Positions 1 to 8,938 of a stretch of DNA of 34,388 nucleotides are shown piece after piece. A model generated the notes under the pieces. It had not been told where the DNA came from and made no database searches. It saw nothing but the letters and a program-made list of their open reading frames with translations. This DNA is from a virus (taxonomy: Duplodnaviria; Caudoviricetes). The stretch is taken from positions 1 to 34,388 of IMG/VR virus record IMGVR_UViG_3300018089_000004. The stretch is one strand, 5' to 3'. Numbering within the stretch: the stretch's first letter is position 1; every line of letters starts with the position of its first letter. The position numbers were made by a program, and so were the translations under genes.

Positions 1-1
1 A

Positions 2-694
2 GCGCTGAATCTGCTTATAGACCCGGCGAAGGGACGTGACGTCTTCCTGGCAGTGGACAAAGGCCCAGCGAATAGCCGCGGCGTCTCCGGCCATACATCG
101 GCACCAGCGCTCGGGATCCATGCGGTGGGTCTTGGAAGCCACCCGGCAAGCCTGGGCGAGGTTCTGGAGGCGGTTCCGTGACCACTTGAATTTGTTCTTG
201 GCGATGTCGAACGTGTCCGTGACGAACTGCTCGCCGTACTCCGGGAAGTCCAGGTGCCAACGGAGGGCTCGAGTTCGCATAAACGGGATGTCGTGCCTGC
301 GGTCCTTGCCGTAATGGACGATCAGCCGATCAAACTCCCGGATGACCTTGCAGTACTCCGTCATGATCCGCTTATCGAACGTGTAGCCCAGGACGTCGGC
401 AGGCTCGAGGCATCCGCCCCACTCCTTGCCGGTCTCGTCCTGGATAACCCAGCAGATCACGTAGCCGAAGTCGGCCGCGAGGTTGGTCGTCTCGATGTCC
501 AAGAACCCAATGTGTTCCGGCCGGTCAGGCGCCGTGCTGGGCTTCTCTTTGAGAAAGCAGGCCGGGTGAAAGATGTACCTGATATGATGCGCCCGACAGA
601 AGTGGGTCCCCATGAAGACATAGTCTCGCTTCAGCATGGTGGCCCACTGGATCTGTCCGCTGGATCCGATGCCCATCTCACCGCGCCTGGTCAC
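2..694 (-). CDS. DEDD-family 3'-5' exonuclease (RNase_H_2/YprB-like); 3' end runs off the window
   Basis: Not in the ORF track because it is partial. Manual translation from GTG 694 (GTGA overlap; alternative ATG 676) gives ExoI GFLDIETT, ExoII HYGKDRRHDIPF and ExoIII HCQEDV. The frame is open to the window edge. Confidence 0.85.
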   Translation of the reverse strand, partial: MTRRGEMGIGSSGQIQWATMLKRDYVFMGTHFCRAHHIRYIFHPACFLKEKPSTAPDRPEHIGFLDIETTNLAADFGYVICWVIQDETGKEWGGCLEPADVLGYTFDKRIMTEYCKVIREFDRLIVHYGKDRRHDIPFMRTRALRWHLDFPEYGEQFVTDTFDIAKNKFKWSRNRLQNLAQACRVASKTHRMDPERWCRCMAGDAAAIRWAFVHCQEDVTSLRRVYKQIQR

Positions 695-1011
695 TTTTCC
701 ACCCGCTTGCGGTATAAGATCTGGCCGTCATGAATCGTGTACTCGTAATCGCGTTGAGCCAGAGAGTTTACGTTAGGCACGAGACGAAATGGGGTGCCGT
801 CGTCAGTCCACAGATATATCCCCGGCCCCTCGCGGACGCCTTGGGCGCCGATGATCGGCCCGTCATCCTTAAGATGATCTTCAAAGATCACATTGATAAG
901 CGGTTTCCAGTCTGGAAAGACTTCTGGAAAGAGCTTTACTAGAATCGCCTTAGCTGTCGGACACGCCTTGGCTGCCTCTAGGACTTTCTCGCTTTGGACT
1001 TTGAGTTCCAT
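691..1011 (-). CDS. Hypothetical phage protein
   Basis: 106 aa; GGAGG upstream; TAATG overlap with the upstream gene. Confidence 0.75.
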   Translation of the reverse strand: MELKVQSEKVLEAAKACPTAKAILVKLFPEVFPDWKPLINVIFEDHLKDDGPIIGAQGVREGPGIYLWTDDGTPFRLVPNVNSLAQRDYEYTIHDGQILYRKRVEK

Positions 1012-1193
1012 TACTTACCTCCCGACATTCTAAATGATGTGTGCGTGGGCACCATCTTTTTCATCTTACCCTTGCGGCACTGAGGGCACGGCAAGTGTGC
1101 CTCGATCGCCTTTGCGGCTGCGGCGCTCCACATCTGGTCCTTGAGAATAAACCCGCAGTCCGGATTAGTGCACTTGAAATCGTAGAGTGGCAT
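1011..1193 (-). CDS. FmdB-like zinc-ribbon protein
   Basis: MPLYDFKCTNPDCG...CPQC matches the MPxYxYxC..CG...CPxC signature. Confidence 0.85.
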   Translation of the reverse strand: MPLYDFKCTNPDCGFILKDQMWSAAAAKAIEAHLPCPQCRKGKMKKMVPTHTSFRMSGGK

Positions 1194-1194
1194 A

Positions 1195-1377
1195 TTACTT
1201 CCAGGGAATGCCTAGTTGCAGGGACTTAGACTTGATATAGGCCTCGGCCTCGTTTTCCTCTCTAAACCACGCGATAGTCTTCTCTGACTCAGTGGCCGCG
1301 CAACGAAGCTCGACTAACCACCCTGCATACCAGGGTCCGCCTCCAAAGCGTCTAAGAACTAGCTCGTGCATGTTCAT
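1195..1377 (-). CDS. Hypothetical protein (60 aa)
   Basis: Start revised to ATG 1377 (ATGA overlap with the primase stop; AAGGAG upstream). Confidence 0.65.
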   Translation of the reverse strand: MNMHELVLRRFGGGPWYAGWLVELRCAATESEKTIAWFREENEAEAYIKSKSLQLGIPWK

Positions 1378-3023
1378 GGAAACAATCTCCTTACCGGCGG
1401 CCCACTGGACCGCTTCTTGGTCTCGTCCGCGATTGGATGATGCCACTCAGTCACGGTTGGGATCAGTTGCCACCCTCCGCGAATCTCGTATTCGAGTTGC
1501 TTGCCAAAGGCCGAATCTATCTGACCCGCGGGGCGGTTTTTGCACTTGATAAGACGCGCCACCCCGCGGTCCAGTGTAACATAAAGGCGCGGTTTTTCTA
1601 AACCAAATTCCGCGCCCCGTCCTATGTCCGCAAAGAAACTCTTCTGCAGTCCCACAATGGCCACGCCCTTGTCCAGCTTCTCGTGGATGGCCGTGAGCAT
1701 CGAGTTGACTTTCCAGAAGTCTCCAGACACTTCCATGTAGTCGATGATGTTAAGAGCGTTGGGCTCGACCAGCTTATAGAAGTCGGCGTTGCGCTCATAC
1801 ACGCGCATCTTCCACTTCTCCACGTCCGTGTGGGCCTTCAGCCGGCGGTGCAGTTCCTCAGGGCTCATCTCACAGTTCTGATAGATGACGTCCCAGCGGT
1901 CCATATTGAGCTTGATGCAGTGCTGAAGGAAGACAGTCTTGCCCATGTCCGGAGGGCTAGCAACAATAAGAATGTTCTTGGGGTACGTCTCGAAGACAGT
2001 GTTAAGTAATAGTGGGAGCGCGAGATCAAGAGGTAGGGCGTTGGCGTTCTCCCATTCCATTGTCTTCGGCGCCTCTTCTTTAGTTGCTCGATACCATCCC
2101 CATCTCTCCGGATTACGACGCACAAGTGTTCCCTCTTCGCTAAGGCGCAGCAAAGCCATGCGAGCAGCGTTCTGCTCTTCCTTAGAATGGAGGGACAGTG
2201 CTGAAAACATCTCCTGCAGATTGAAGCTGCCGCGCGCCTCATCGTTGAGCCAGGTCCTAATATCCAACGATACATTGCGCTCTCCCCGGCCGGCCGCTCG
2301 GCGCATGGCCGACGCCACTTTAATATCGATGTTTGGCATGTCCTTCTGGTCCATGGTGCTAGCAATCCGCCGCAGCGCGTCGTTTACCATGGAGGGATCC
2401 ATGCCCCCGCGGAGCAGGGTGTATGCCGTATGGAAGAGATCGTCGTCTCGGCGCCCGAACGTGTACGGAGCAACGTTGTCGGGCGGTGTGTACGGCGCCC
2501 CGCCGGCCTTCTCCTGTGCCAGACGAAGCTCATCCTTGAGCTTGGGCGGGAGGGCCGGAATGCCACCGCACTCCTCGACCGTGACCACCCATTGGTACGC
2601 TTCGCCGTCGGAGCGAATACTCGGAGGCACGACGGCCAGATGCCCCCGAGTGCGGTACTCCAGTTTCGGATGGAGGTGGCCCGAAGCCGTCTGAAGATCG
2701 GGATCGCACTTGAAGTAGTAGTGCATCCCGCGTCTCGTCTTAACAGTTGGCACCATCACGCCCTGGATGTACGGCGCCATGAAGTCTACGGCCGTGGAAT
2801 CATCGCAGTCGATCTGCGCGAGGCCGGAGATCTCGCCGAGGATAACACCGAGGTTGGCGTCGGGGAACTGCGCCCAGCAGTTGAAGATCTCAGCCGAAGA
2901 AAGCTTACGCTCCTGTAGTTCTTTCCATTGGATGTAAGCCACCTTCTCTTTCGGGCGCAGCGGTACAACCGACCATCCGAAGGTTTGGGATAGTCGTAAT
3001 GCTTCTTGCAGTGTGTTAGTCAC
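1374..3023 (-). CDS. Bifunctional primase-polymerase (Prim-Pol) fused to a RecA/DnaB-like P-loop helicase domain
   Basis: N-terminal motifs WSVVPL..KEK, ANLGVILG..SGLAQIDCD, TRRGMHYYF and VVPPS. C-terminal Walker A ASPPDMGKT and Walker B NIIDY. Confidence 0.9.
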   Translation of the reverse strand: MTNTLQEALRLSQTFGWSVVPLRPKEKVAYIQWKELQERKLSSAEIFNCWAQFPDANLGVILGEISGLAQIDCDDSTAVDFMAPYIQGVMVPTVKTRRGMHYYFKCDPDLQTASGHLHPKLEYRTRGHLAVVPPSIRSDGEAYQWVVTVEECGGIPALPPKLKDELRLAQEKAGGAPYTPPDNVAPYTFGRRDDDLFHTAYTLLRGGMDPSMVNDALRRIASTMDQKDMPNIDIKVASAMRRAAGRGERNVSLDIRTWLNDEARGSFNLQEMFSALSLHSKEEQNAARMALLRLSEEGTLVRRNPERWGWYRATKEEAPKTMEWENANALPLDLALPLLLNTVFETYPKNILIVASPPDMGKTVFLQHCIKLNMDRWDVIYQNCEMSPEELHRRLKAHTDVEKWKMRVYERNADFYKLVEPNALNIIDYMEVSGDFWKVNSMLTAIHEKLDKGVAIVGLQKSFFADIGRGAEFGLEKPRLYVTLDRGVARLIKCKNRPAGQIDSAFGKQLEYEIRGGWQLIPTVTEWHHPIADETKKRSSGPPVRRLFP

Positions 3024-3309
3024 CCTCTGTGCCTTCTATGACTGACTTGACCGCTTCGCGCACGATCTCCTGGCCGGCCTTGAAGGGGATTCCCTTTCGG
3101 ACAGCATCACGAACGGCATCATAGAGGTTGGGTGGATAGGCGGAACTGAAGCGCCGGACTACGTCGATCCACAGGGCCAGCGGGCAGGACTCGCACGTGC
3201 CGTTGCGCGCTCGAGTAGTCCCGTGGTGCTTGTGGCAGTTGATCTCGGCGTCCAGCGCCTTGCAGAATCTGTCTATGAAACTATCGGACTTGACTTTTAG
3301 TTCAGACAC
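3016..3309 (-). CDS. Hypothetical protein with Cys/His cluster
   Basis: Start revised to GTG 3309 after GGAGG. Contains CHKHH and CESC. Confidence 0.6.
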   Translation of the reverse strand: MSELKVKSDSFIDRFCKALDAEINCHKHHGTTRARNGTCESCPLALWIDVVRRFSSAYPPNLYDAVRDAVRKGIPFKAGQEIVREAVKSVIEGTEGD

Positions 3310-3700
3310 TCCATGCCTCCAGGTAGGTTGCTGCCAAGCGCAGCAATTCCGGACTGTCTTGAAACATGCCCAGGCCGAGGTTGCATTTGCCGCAAAGAAG
3401 GCCCCTGACGCGACCCGTCTTGTGATCGTGATCGATAAACGGCGGACGAAGGGGTCGGCGACATAGGGCACATAGATTGCGTTGGCTAGAAATGGCAGAC
3501 AAGAACTCTTTGTCTGTTAACCCATATAAACATTTGCGCCTATTTCTGGCCTTTCTCTTGCGAAACTCTGGGTCTTTTTTATGTCGCTTCGCGTAGTCCT
3601 TGGACTGTTGAATGTGGCGCGCCCGATAGGATGGGTCTTTGGCCCACCGCTCTCTTTGGCGGACGCGTTCTTTATCTAGGGCGGCTTGGTTTTCGCTCAT
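3302..3700 (-). CDS. Endonuclease VII-family HNH endonuclease (putative free-standing homing endonuclease 1)
   Basis: CALC...IDHDHKTGRVRGLLCGKCNLGLG motif and a basic N-terminus. Confidence 0.9.
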   Translation of the reverse strand: MSENQAALDKERVRQRERWAKDPSYRARHIQQSKDYAKRHKKDPEFRKRKARNRRKCLYGLTDKEFLSAISSQRNLCALCRRPLRPPFIDHDHKTGRVRGLLCGKCNLGLGMFQDSPELLRLAATYLEAWSV

Positions 3701-4550
3701 GTTTTACCCGAGACTGATATTCCTTTATTAGCTGAGATCCCTGCAAACACAACCCGCTTTTTCCTGCCGGGCAATACTCAGTACACCTGAGTGGCATTCC
3801 GTCTTTCTTCTGTAGCCATAATTCCTCCTCGGTGCAATCGCGGACCTTCTGAGGATCGGCTTCTGTCCTAAGGTTCTCGGCCACTCGGTAGATCACATAG
3901 TCTCGAACAGCCTTGTCGTTCAGGATTGGCAATTCGATAAGCTCGATCGGGCGCAGCCCGTCCTTGAGTGCGATCTGCCGGCCGTGATCTTTTACCATGG
4001 CCACGATCACCAGGTGCTCGGCCTCAGGGTACTTGAATAGGCGATAGATGTTCAACTGCGCCATGTGTTTGCTGTCGTTAAAGTTGCCCTCTTTCAAGAG
4101 CTTAACGCTGTACGATTTCTCGGTCTTGTAGTCGTAAAGAGTCTTTAATTCCGTGTCGTAAATGTCAGGACGGCCCCGGAGGGTGGCTCGGCCGGCTGGG
4201 GTGTCCAGTTCGGCCGTGAATGGTTCCTCTACGCGAAATTTATCGGGACAGAGGCCCATCTCCTTCACCAGGGCCGCCCCTTCTTCCATGATAGAGTGAA
4301 AGGCCGTCCCGAAAGTGGCATAGGCCATGTCCAGAGGATCTTGGAAATAGTCATAGTGACGCTCGAAGTAGACGACCTTCGGAGGATTCAGGATTTCCGT
4401 ACAATGGTAAATCCCGGGCTCCTTGACCCGATCGGCCTTGCTGAGGACCAGCAGGAGAGGCAGGGGCAGGCAGTGTCGCGCACACTTCAGGCAGTCGCTG
4501 AACACATGCTCTGCCCCGTCGATCGGGCACAAAAATCCTATGCTGGGCAT
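3672..4550 (-). CDS. Cas4-like PD-(D/E)XK exonuclease
   Basis: GTAFHSIME, LRGRPD, YDYKT and QLNIY motifs, plus a C-terminal Cys cluster RCTEYCP...LC. Confidence 0.85.
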   Translation of the reverse strand: MPSIGFLCPIDGAEHVFSDCLKCARHCLPLPLLLVLSKADRVKEPGIYHCTEILNPPKVVYFERHYDYFQDPLDMAYATFGTAFHSIMEEGAALVKEMGLCPDKFRVEEPFTAELDTPAGRATLRGRPDIYDTELKTLYDYKTEKSYSVKLLKEGNFNDSKHMAQLNIYRLFKYPEAEHLVIVAMVKDHGRQIALKDGLRPIELIELPILNDKAVRDYVIYRVAENLRTEADPQKVRDCTEEELWLQKKDGMPLRCTEYCPAGKSGLCLQGSQLIKEYQSRVKHERKPSRPR

Positions 4551-4813
4551 CGTTGCTTCTTCACGACGCCCTTGATGAGCTTAACGTTCTCCGGAAAAAG
4601 CCAGAAGCCGTAGCCGTACTTGACATCGCCGCTGCAGCAGTCATGGCCCCTGTTGATGCGCCGAAAGAACCGTACGGCGAGACACAGCTGATCTGCGAAA
4701 TAGGGAGGATCGACATGCACGACGACCCCTTTGCGGCCCACGATCTGGGAGTTACCGGACTGAATTCCGGTTACGACGATCTTGTCGCCGACCTTGAATT
4801 TTCTTGCGCTCAT
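4538..4813 (-). CDS. Hypothetical SH3/KOW-like small protein
   Basis: KFKVGDKIVV...GRKGVVVHV pattern; AGGAGG upstream. Confidence 0.7.
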   Translation of the reverse strand: MSARKFKVGDKIVVTGIQSGNSQIVGRKGVVVHVDPPYFADQLCLAVRFFRRINRGHDCCSGDVKYGYGFWLFPENVKLIKGVVKKQRCPA

Positions 4814-4823
4814 TCAGACCTCC

Positions 4824-5654
4824 TTAGAATGGGGCTTCGTTTGTGGCGAAGTCCAAGATGTCGTTGGCAATAAGGTGCACGACATCGTTCAGTTTACTCT
4901 CTCGGATCCGGCCCAGACACTCATCTAGGTTGAGCGCCTTCTGAGCCATGACGTTACAGACAATCTGCCAGGCGCTGTTTACAGCGATCGACCTGGCCGT
5001 AATGGCGTCATGAGCCATGCGGTATCGAAGCTCGGCGTCCCGGACGTCGGCTACGGATAGACCAGGAGCAGGCGGCTGAGCCCCCGGTTTGACCACAGGA
5101 GCGGGCGCAGGGGGCTGGACGGCCTGCCTGACGGCTCCGCCGGCGATCTCGCCAGGAGGCGGCGCTGAGGGCCCGTAGACGGCATCGTCCAGGGGATCCT
5201 CAGACTCTGGGGCAGCCAGAACGGCACCCGCAGGGGGTTGAGCCAGGTTCTTGGGAACCACCTGTCCGGGCTGAACCACGGTAGCCGCGGGGGCCGGAGG
5301 GGTGTAAACAGGGGCCGGCGCAGCCACCTGGACAGGCTGCCCGGGAGCCACCAGGGCAGGGGCCTGGGACACGGGCGGCTTGGGGACGATGATCGGACCG
5401 CTTGGCAGTGGACGAGCCTCGATATAAAGCTCGGCCATAACCGGCGGGTTGAACTGCCGGTTCTGCTCCTGGGGTCCGATCAGGTGAGAAATGGCCTTGT
5501 GCGTAAAGCACGGGAACTTCCCGCCATCCGAAAGGACGACGTTGTACCAGGGACGCTTCGCTGGCGTGCCATCTGCTTTCATGGTATTATAATATATTGC
5601 CGAAATAGCGTAATTACCGACGGTAATTATCCGTCCAGATTGTGGCTGATTCAT
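4824..5654 (-). CDS. Putative ssDNA-binding or recombination protein with Pro/Ala-rich linker
   Basis: Beta-rich N-terminus, long P/A/Q linker and C-terminal EAPF resembling SSB tails; lies next to the exonuclease. The function is inferred. Confidence 0.5.
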   Translation of the reverse strand: MNQPQSGRIITVGNYAISAIYYNTMKADGTPAKRPWYNVVLSDGGKFPCFTHKAISHLIGPQEQNRQFNPPVMAELYIEARPLPSGPIIVPKPPVSQAPALVAPGQPVQVAAPAPVYTPPAPAATVVQPGQVVPKNLAQPPAGAVLAAPESEDPLDDAVYGPSAPPPGEIAGGAVRQAVQPPAPAPVVKPGAQPPAPGLSVADVRDAELRYRMAHDAITARSIAVNSAWQIVCNVMAQKALNLDECLGRIRESKLNDVVHLIANDILDFATNEAPF

Positions 5655-6067
5655 TGATTGTCCTCCAGATATAAAATTGCTCTTTCTAGCGTTGTCGGGT
5701 TATTCTTGAAATACCCAAAGCCCCTATTGCAGCGTTGACACAAGATACCGCGAACTCGGTGCGTGTTATGATCGTGGTCGATCGTGCAATCGAATGTCTT
5801 GAATACCAGAGGTTTATGACAAACAGCGCACCGTCCACCTTGAAAAGCCAGCAAGAACTCGGCCTCAGCAGGAGAAAGCCCGTAGCGGTTCTTGAGCATC
5901 CAGGCCTTCATGTAATCTGTTTGGGGGTGCGCGATACGATACGCACGCTGAAGGGCTGCCCGCGCGGCGCGGACTGCTGGATTTCTACGGCGCGCTCGTT
6001 CCATGGCAATGATCCGATCTCTATTAGTCCAATAATAGGATCGGCGCTGCTCTAGAGAAAGTGACAT
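5651..6067 (-). CDS. Endonuclease VII-family HNH endonuclease 2
   Basis: RYGLS...QGGRCAVC...IDHDHNTHRVRGILCQRCNRG. Confidence 0.9.
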   Translation of the reverse strand: MSLSLEQRRSYYWTNRDRIIAMERARRRNPAVRAARAALQRAYRIAHPQTDYMKAWMLKNRYGLSPAEAEFLLAFQGGRCAVCHKPLVFKTFDCTIDHDHNTHRVRGILCQRCNRGFGYFKNNPTTLERAILYLEDNQ

Positions 6068-6330
6068 TATGGCTGCACCAGAACAGGCTCGGGCATTTGC
6101 GTGGCTCGCACGACGGCGTCCACGTCTTCGCGGTCATCCGTACCGAGGATGAACGCTGCGGCCAAGTAACACTCAGAAGCCGCCCCGAGAGACCTGTCAA
6201 AGATCTCTTTGTTGAATCGCTGCATGGCGATCTCGGCCGCGATCTTAAGCTCCTCGGCTCTGGTTAGTTGCCAGCACACAAGGATGATCGGGTCCGTCTC
6301 CAGACTACCGATGGTGGGGGTTTCGTCCAT
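6067..6330 (-). CDS. Hypothetical protein
   Basis: 87 aa; AAGGAG upstream; TAATG coupling to the next gene. Confidence 0.7.
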   Translation of the reverse strand: MDETPTIGSLETDPIILVCWQLTRAEELKIAAEIAMQRFNKEIFDRSLGAASECYLAAAFILGTDDREDVDAVVRATQMPEPVLVQP

Positions 6331-6712
6331 GTGACTCCTTTTTTAATACTCGAGACAACCGGTTATAATTCTTGACGACGAGCCGGTTATACTCGCGTTG
6401 ATAATCTTTAATTACTGGATCGTCTACGATAGTGGTGGAAAATTCTCGGCCCGTGATCGCGGGGGCCTCGGGCGCCCGGTCCGACTTTAACTTTGCTGCT
6501 AGTTTGTCTAGGGCCACGTTGAAGCGCTCTAGTTCTTCAGACATTTTCTGCAGTGCGTGTAAGTGATCTAATGCCATGAAGACTTTCGGTGCCAGCATGA
6601 AATATAAAAATGCACGGCTACCTATCCCAGCCATCTTCGTCCGCGCAAACCGGGCGTTTGTTCTCAGACTCGGACCCGGCCCATGGCATTTTTTAGCTGT
6701 CTTTCGTTTCAT
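6305..6712 (-). CDS. Hypothetical protein (start uncertain)
   Basis: Open frame. The first ATG downstream of the promoter at 6725-6753 is at 6712; later starts (6577, 6544) are possible. Confidence 0.5.
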   Translation of the reverse strand: MKRKTAKKCHGPGPSLRTNARFARTKMAGIGSRAFLYFMLAPKVFMALDHLHALQKMSEELERFNVALDKLAAKLKSDRAPEAPAITGREFSTTIVDDPVIKDYQREYNRLVVKNYNRLSRVLKKESHGRNPHHR

Positions 6713-6724
6713 TCCCACATTATT

Positions 6725-6753
6725 ATTCTGACACAGAAGAAACGGGCTGTCAA
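6725..6753 (-). promoter_or_regulatory. sigma70-type promoter for the replication genes
   Basis: TTGACA-N17-CAGAAT with an extended -10 TG, directly downstream of the hairpin that ends the early array. Confidence 0.7.
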
Positions 6754-6787
6754 CAACTATTTTCTTAGCCGTCATTCGCCTATGGGC

Positions 6788-6815
6788 GAGAGAGAAGGGG
6801 CGCTTTAGCGCCCCT
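6788..6815 (-). terminator. Probable terminator or 3' hairpin of the early operon
   Basis: AGGGGCGC-UAAA-GCGCCCCU followed by UCUCUCUC (weak U tract). The stop codon of the last early gene lies in the loop. Confidence 0.55.
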
Positions 6816-7071
6816 CATTGTCGTGATCTACCAGGAGATAGTTCCAGCCGCGAGGTAGGCCCTCGACGTCCTGGACGCACCCTCCCCGGACAGAGATTAC
6901 AACTGTGCAGTTGTAGCCGGGCTTGACAAGGTCCTTGACCGGGACCCAGGCATCGACGCCGTCATCGAATGCCACCTGTCGAAGCCCATGGTGCGCGTCT
7001 TCTGTGACCGTGCCGGGCATTTCCCGCCCGGCATAGACCATGACGCGTGCTCCGTTCGGAAATTTCTTCAT
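6805..7071 (-). CDS. Early hypothetical protein (SH3-like N-terminus)
   Basis: Start revised to ATG 7071, preceded by GTCTGGAGG-tac-ACC. Begins MKKFPNGARVMV. Confidence 0.75.
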   Translation of the reverse strand: MKKFPNGARVMVYAGREMPGTVTEDAHHGLRQVAFDDGVDAWVPVKDLVKPGYNCTVVISVRGGCVQDVEGLPRGWNYLLVDHDNEGR

Positions 7072-7093
7072 GGTGTACCTCCAGACGACCCGG

Positions 7094-7336
7094 CTAAAGC
7101 CGGGTCTTCTCTGCTTCGCGCCGACGGCCGCGAACCTGTCGCAGTGCCTCATTCAACACGTCCATCTGTTTCAAGCGTTCACGTGCTAGGCTGACGCTGC
7201 AGCCACCCTCGATTTGGCTCTCAATGGAAATCCTTAGGTCCTGCAGTTCGTCTTCGGTTAGCTCAACGACCGCGATCCCCAAAAAATCGCCAGCCGGGTC
7301 CAGTGGCGGACCAACAAACGTGCTTAAAAGCTTCAT
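7094..7336 (-). CDS. Early hypothetical protein
   Basis: 80 aa; preceded by the junction element. Confidence 0.75.
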   Translation of the reverse strand: MKLLSTFVGPPLDPAGDFLGIAVVELTEDELQDLRISIESQIEGGCSVSLARERLKQMDVLNEALRQVRGRRREAEKTRL

Positions 7337-7360
7337 GGTGTTGACCTCCAGACGACCGGG

Positions 7361-7519
7361 TTAACCGGTCGTGTTGTCTTCGGGGACAGCGCGGCGTCTC
7401 AGGATGCGAAAGATAGAGAGACTTGTGGTCCGGCCGAGCGCATACGCCGCTGCTAGGCCAATGAGCCAGAGGACGGCAGCAAGGACGATAGCTCCGATGT
7501 ACGACAGTAGCTTTCTCAT
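7361..7519 (-). CDS. Small membrane protein (52 aa, one TM helix)
   Basis: MRKLLSYIGAIVLAAVLWLIGLAAAYALG; TAATG-coupled to the upstream gene; plain GGAGG without the GTC motif. Confidence 0.65.
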   Translation of the reverse strand: MRKLLSYIGAIVLAAVLWLIGLAAAYALGRTTSLSIFRILRRRAVPEDNTTG

Positions 7520-7920
7520 TAAACCTCCACGCGACGAATGATCTTGATCTTTTTGGCGATGACAACCCGGCGGTGAGCTTGGATGCCTTGGGCGCAGGCT
7601 CGACGATACCGGACAACCCAGATTTGCTCGTCTGTCCCCACCCACTCCTTGGCCGCCTTCAGAGTGGCGAAGACGTGGAAGCCGAGGGGATAGCATCGCC
7701 GGCCGGGGCTACTGCCTCTCCATTCGACCGGAAGTTCTTTCCAGTCCTTGGCGGAGTCTGGGCGGAAAGATTTCTCATTCACCCAGATGCCAAGCGGCCG
7801 GCCCTGCTGAATATTTTTGCAGTCCCCGATGAGCACCCCGTCCGACAGCCTGACCCTGAAGACCTTGTAGCCGATGCCTGAGGTCTTCAGCTTGCCTAAA
7901 ATTCTCCGAGATAAACACAT
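7519..7920 (-). CDS. Early hypothetical protein
   Basis: 133 aa; GYKVF...GFHVF pattern typical of small phage proteins; junction element upstream. Confidence 0.75.
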   Translation of the reverse strand: MCLSRRILGKLKTSGIGYKVFRVRLSDGVLIGDCKNIQQGRPLGIWVNEKSFRPDSAKDWKELPVEWRGSSPGRRCYPLGFHVFATLKAAKEWVGTDEQIWVVRYRRACAQGIQAHRRVVIAKKIKIIRRVEV

Positions 7921-7940
7921 GGTTTAATACCTCCAGACGC

Positions 7941-8195
7941 CTAGACCTTGGCTTGGTCTAGGGCTTCAGCGGTCGGGGCCGGTACGCCGGACTCGCCTTG
8001 ATCTTGCGGTACTTGCTCGGTCGGTGCCGCGGTTTGATCGTCCGCTTGCTGAACCTCATCGTGGTCCTCCTCGATAATCTCGATTAAAGACATTGGTGGC
8101 TTCTTCAGGCCAGCACATTCCCAGCACAGACCACCATCCAAGGTCTTGGCCGGATAGATAGCCCGGCACTTATAGCAGCGATCAAATTTTACCAT
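7941..8195 (-). CDS. Early protein with CxxC...CxxC Zn finger and acidic tail
   Basis: CYKC...CWEC; junction element upstream. Confidence 0.75.
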   Translation of the reverse strand: MVKFDRCYKCRAIYPAKTLDGGLCWECAGLKKPPMSLIEIIEEDHDEVQQADDQTAAPTEQVPQDQGESGVPAPTAEALDQAKV

Positions 8196-8216
8196 GGTTT
8201 ACCTCCAGACAGGGCC

Positions 8217-8474
8217 TCATCGGCCCTTGCCCGCTGCCAGCTTCCGACGTTCGGATGCAGGCAGTCGGCTGTGTTTTGCGGTCCTTCGCAGTCGCTCGAC
8301 TCCTCGCAAGGGAAGCCCCGCGATAGCTTCGGCTGCGGCAGGATTACAGACTACCGGGTCATGAACGGTCCGACGAGGGCGGACCCGCGGCCTAACAGCG
8401 GTCCGGGCTATCCCCGGCCGGTGTCCGTCACGCTCGACCTTTCTAGTCAGGTGATGCACGTGATAGATGCTCAT
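8217..8474 (-). CDS. Early basic hypothetical protein
   Basis: Start revised to ATG 8474 (MSIYHVHH...) after the junction element. Confidence 0.7.
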   Translation of the reverse strand: MSIYHVHHLTRKVERDGHRPGIARTAVRPRVRPRRTVHDPVVCNPAAAEAIAGLPLRGVERLRRTAKHSRLPASERRKLAAGKGR

Positions 8475-8497
8475 GGTGTCGTCCTCCAGACGGGGCC

Positions 8498-8914
8498 TTA
8501 GGCCCCGTAACAATCACAAGCTTTGGAGAACATTAGAGGGAACATTCTCCCCCCGATGTTCGAATCCTCCCAGTTTCCGTCCTCGGCCGTGATTTTCCGC
8601 CCACGCGCACGTATCCAAATGTCGGGACGAATCTTAAACAACTCGTCAAAGAAATGCCCGTGAACGTGCCAGCACGCGGCCTTGATTCGCTTTCCCTTGG
8701 CATAGCCTTCGTCGAAGCCGAGAAACTTGAGACCCCGACGATGTCCCGCGCCCCTGCAATTTTGCACGGTCAGGGTAAAGCGAACCCTCCGGCCGACATA
8801 ATGAAGCTGATCGCCTCCATTATAATCCGGCCGGAACGTGATGTTGCCGTCATATCTCTCATTGACCTTTCTCAAGGCCACCGAGAGTTCCGACGGCGTT
8901 GCGTTAGTCAACAT
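8498..8914 (-). CDS. Early hypothetical protein
   Basis: 138 aa with an ACWHVHG motif; junction element upstream. Confidence 0.78.
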   Translation of the reverse strand: MLTNATPSELSVALRKVNERYDGNITFRPDYNGGDQLHYVGRRVRFTLTVQNCRGAGHRRGLKFLGFDEGYAKGKRIKAACWHVHGHFFDELFKIRPDIWIRARGRKITAEDGNWEDSNIGGRMFPLMFSKACDCYGA

Positions 8915-8938
8915 GGTTTTTACCTCCAGACGACGGCC

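Noticed and set aside
5662-5670. Near-copy of the motif (AUCUGGAGGA) before the SSB-like gene
   Set aside because: It has AUC instead of GUC, which mismatches the ribozyme GAAAC arm. It also lacks the abutting hairpin and ACCATG and lies beyond the early terminator. Treated as an ordinary SD and a useful negative control.
8213-8223. CCGAUGAGGCC resembling a second hammerhead core
   Set aside because: The U4 position is C and no stem II-GAAA follows. The sequence is explained by the stop-codon hairpin.
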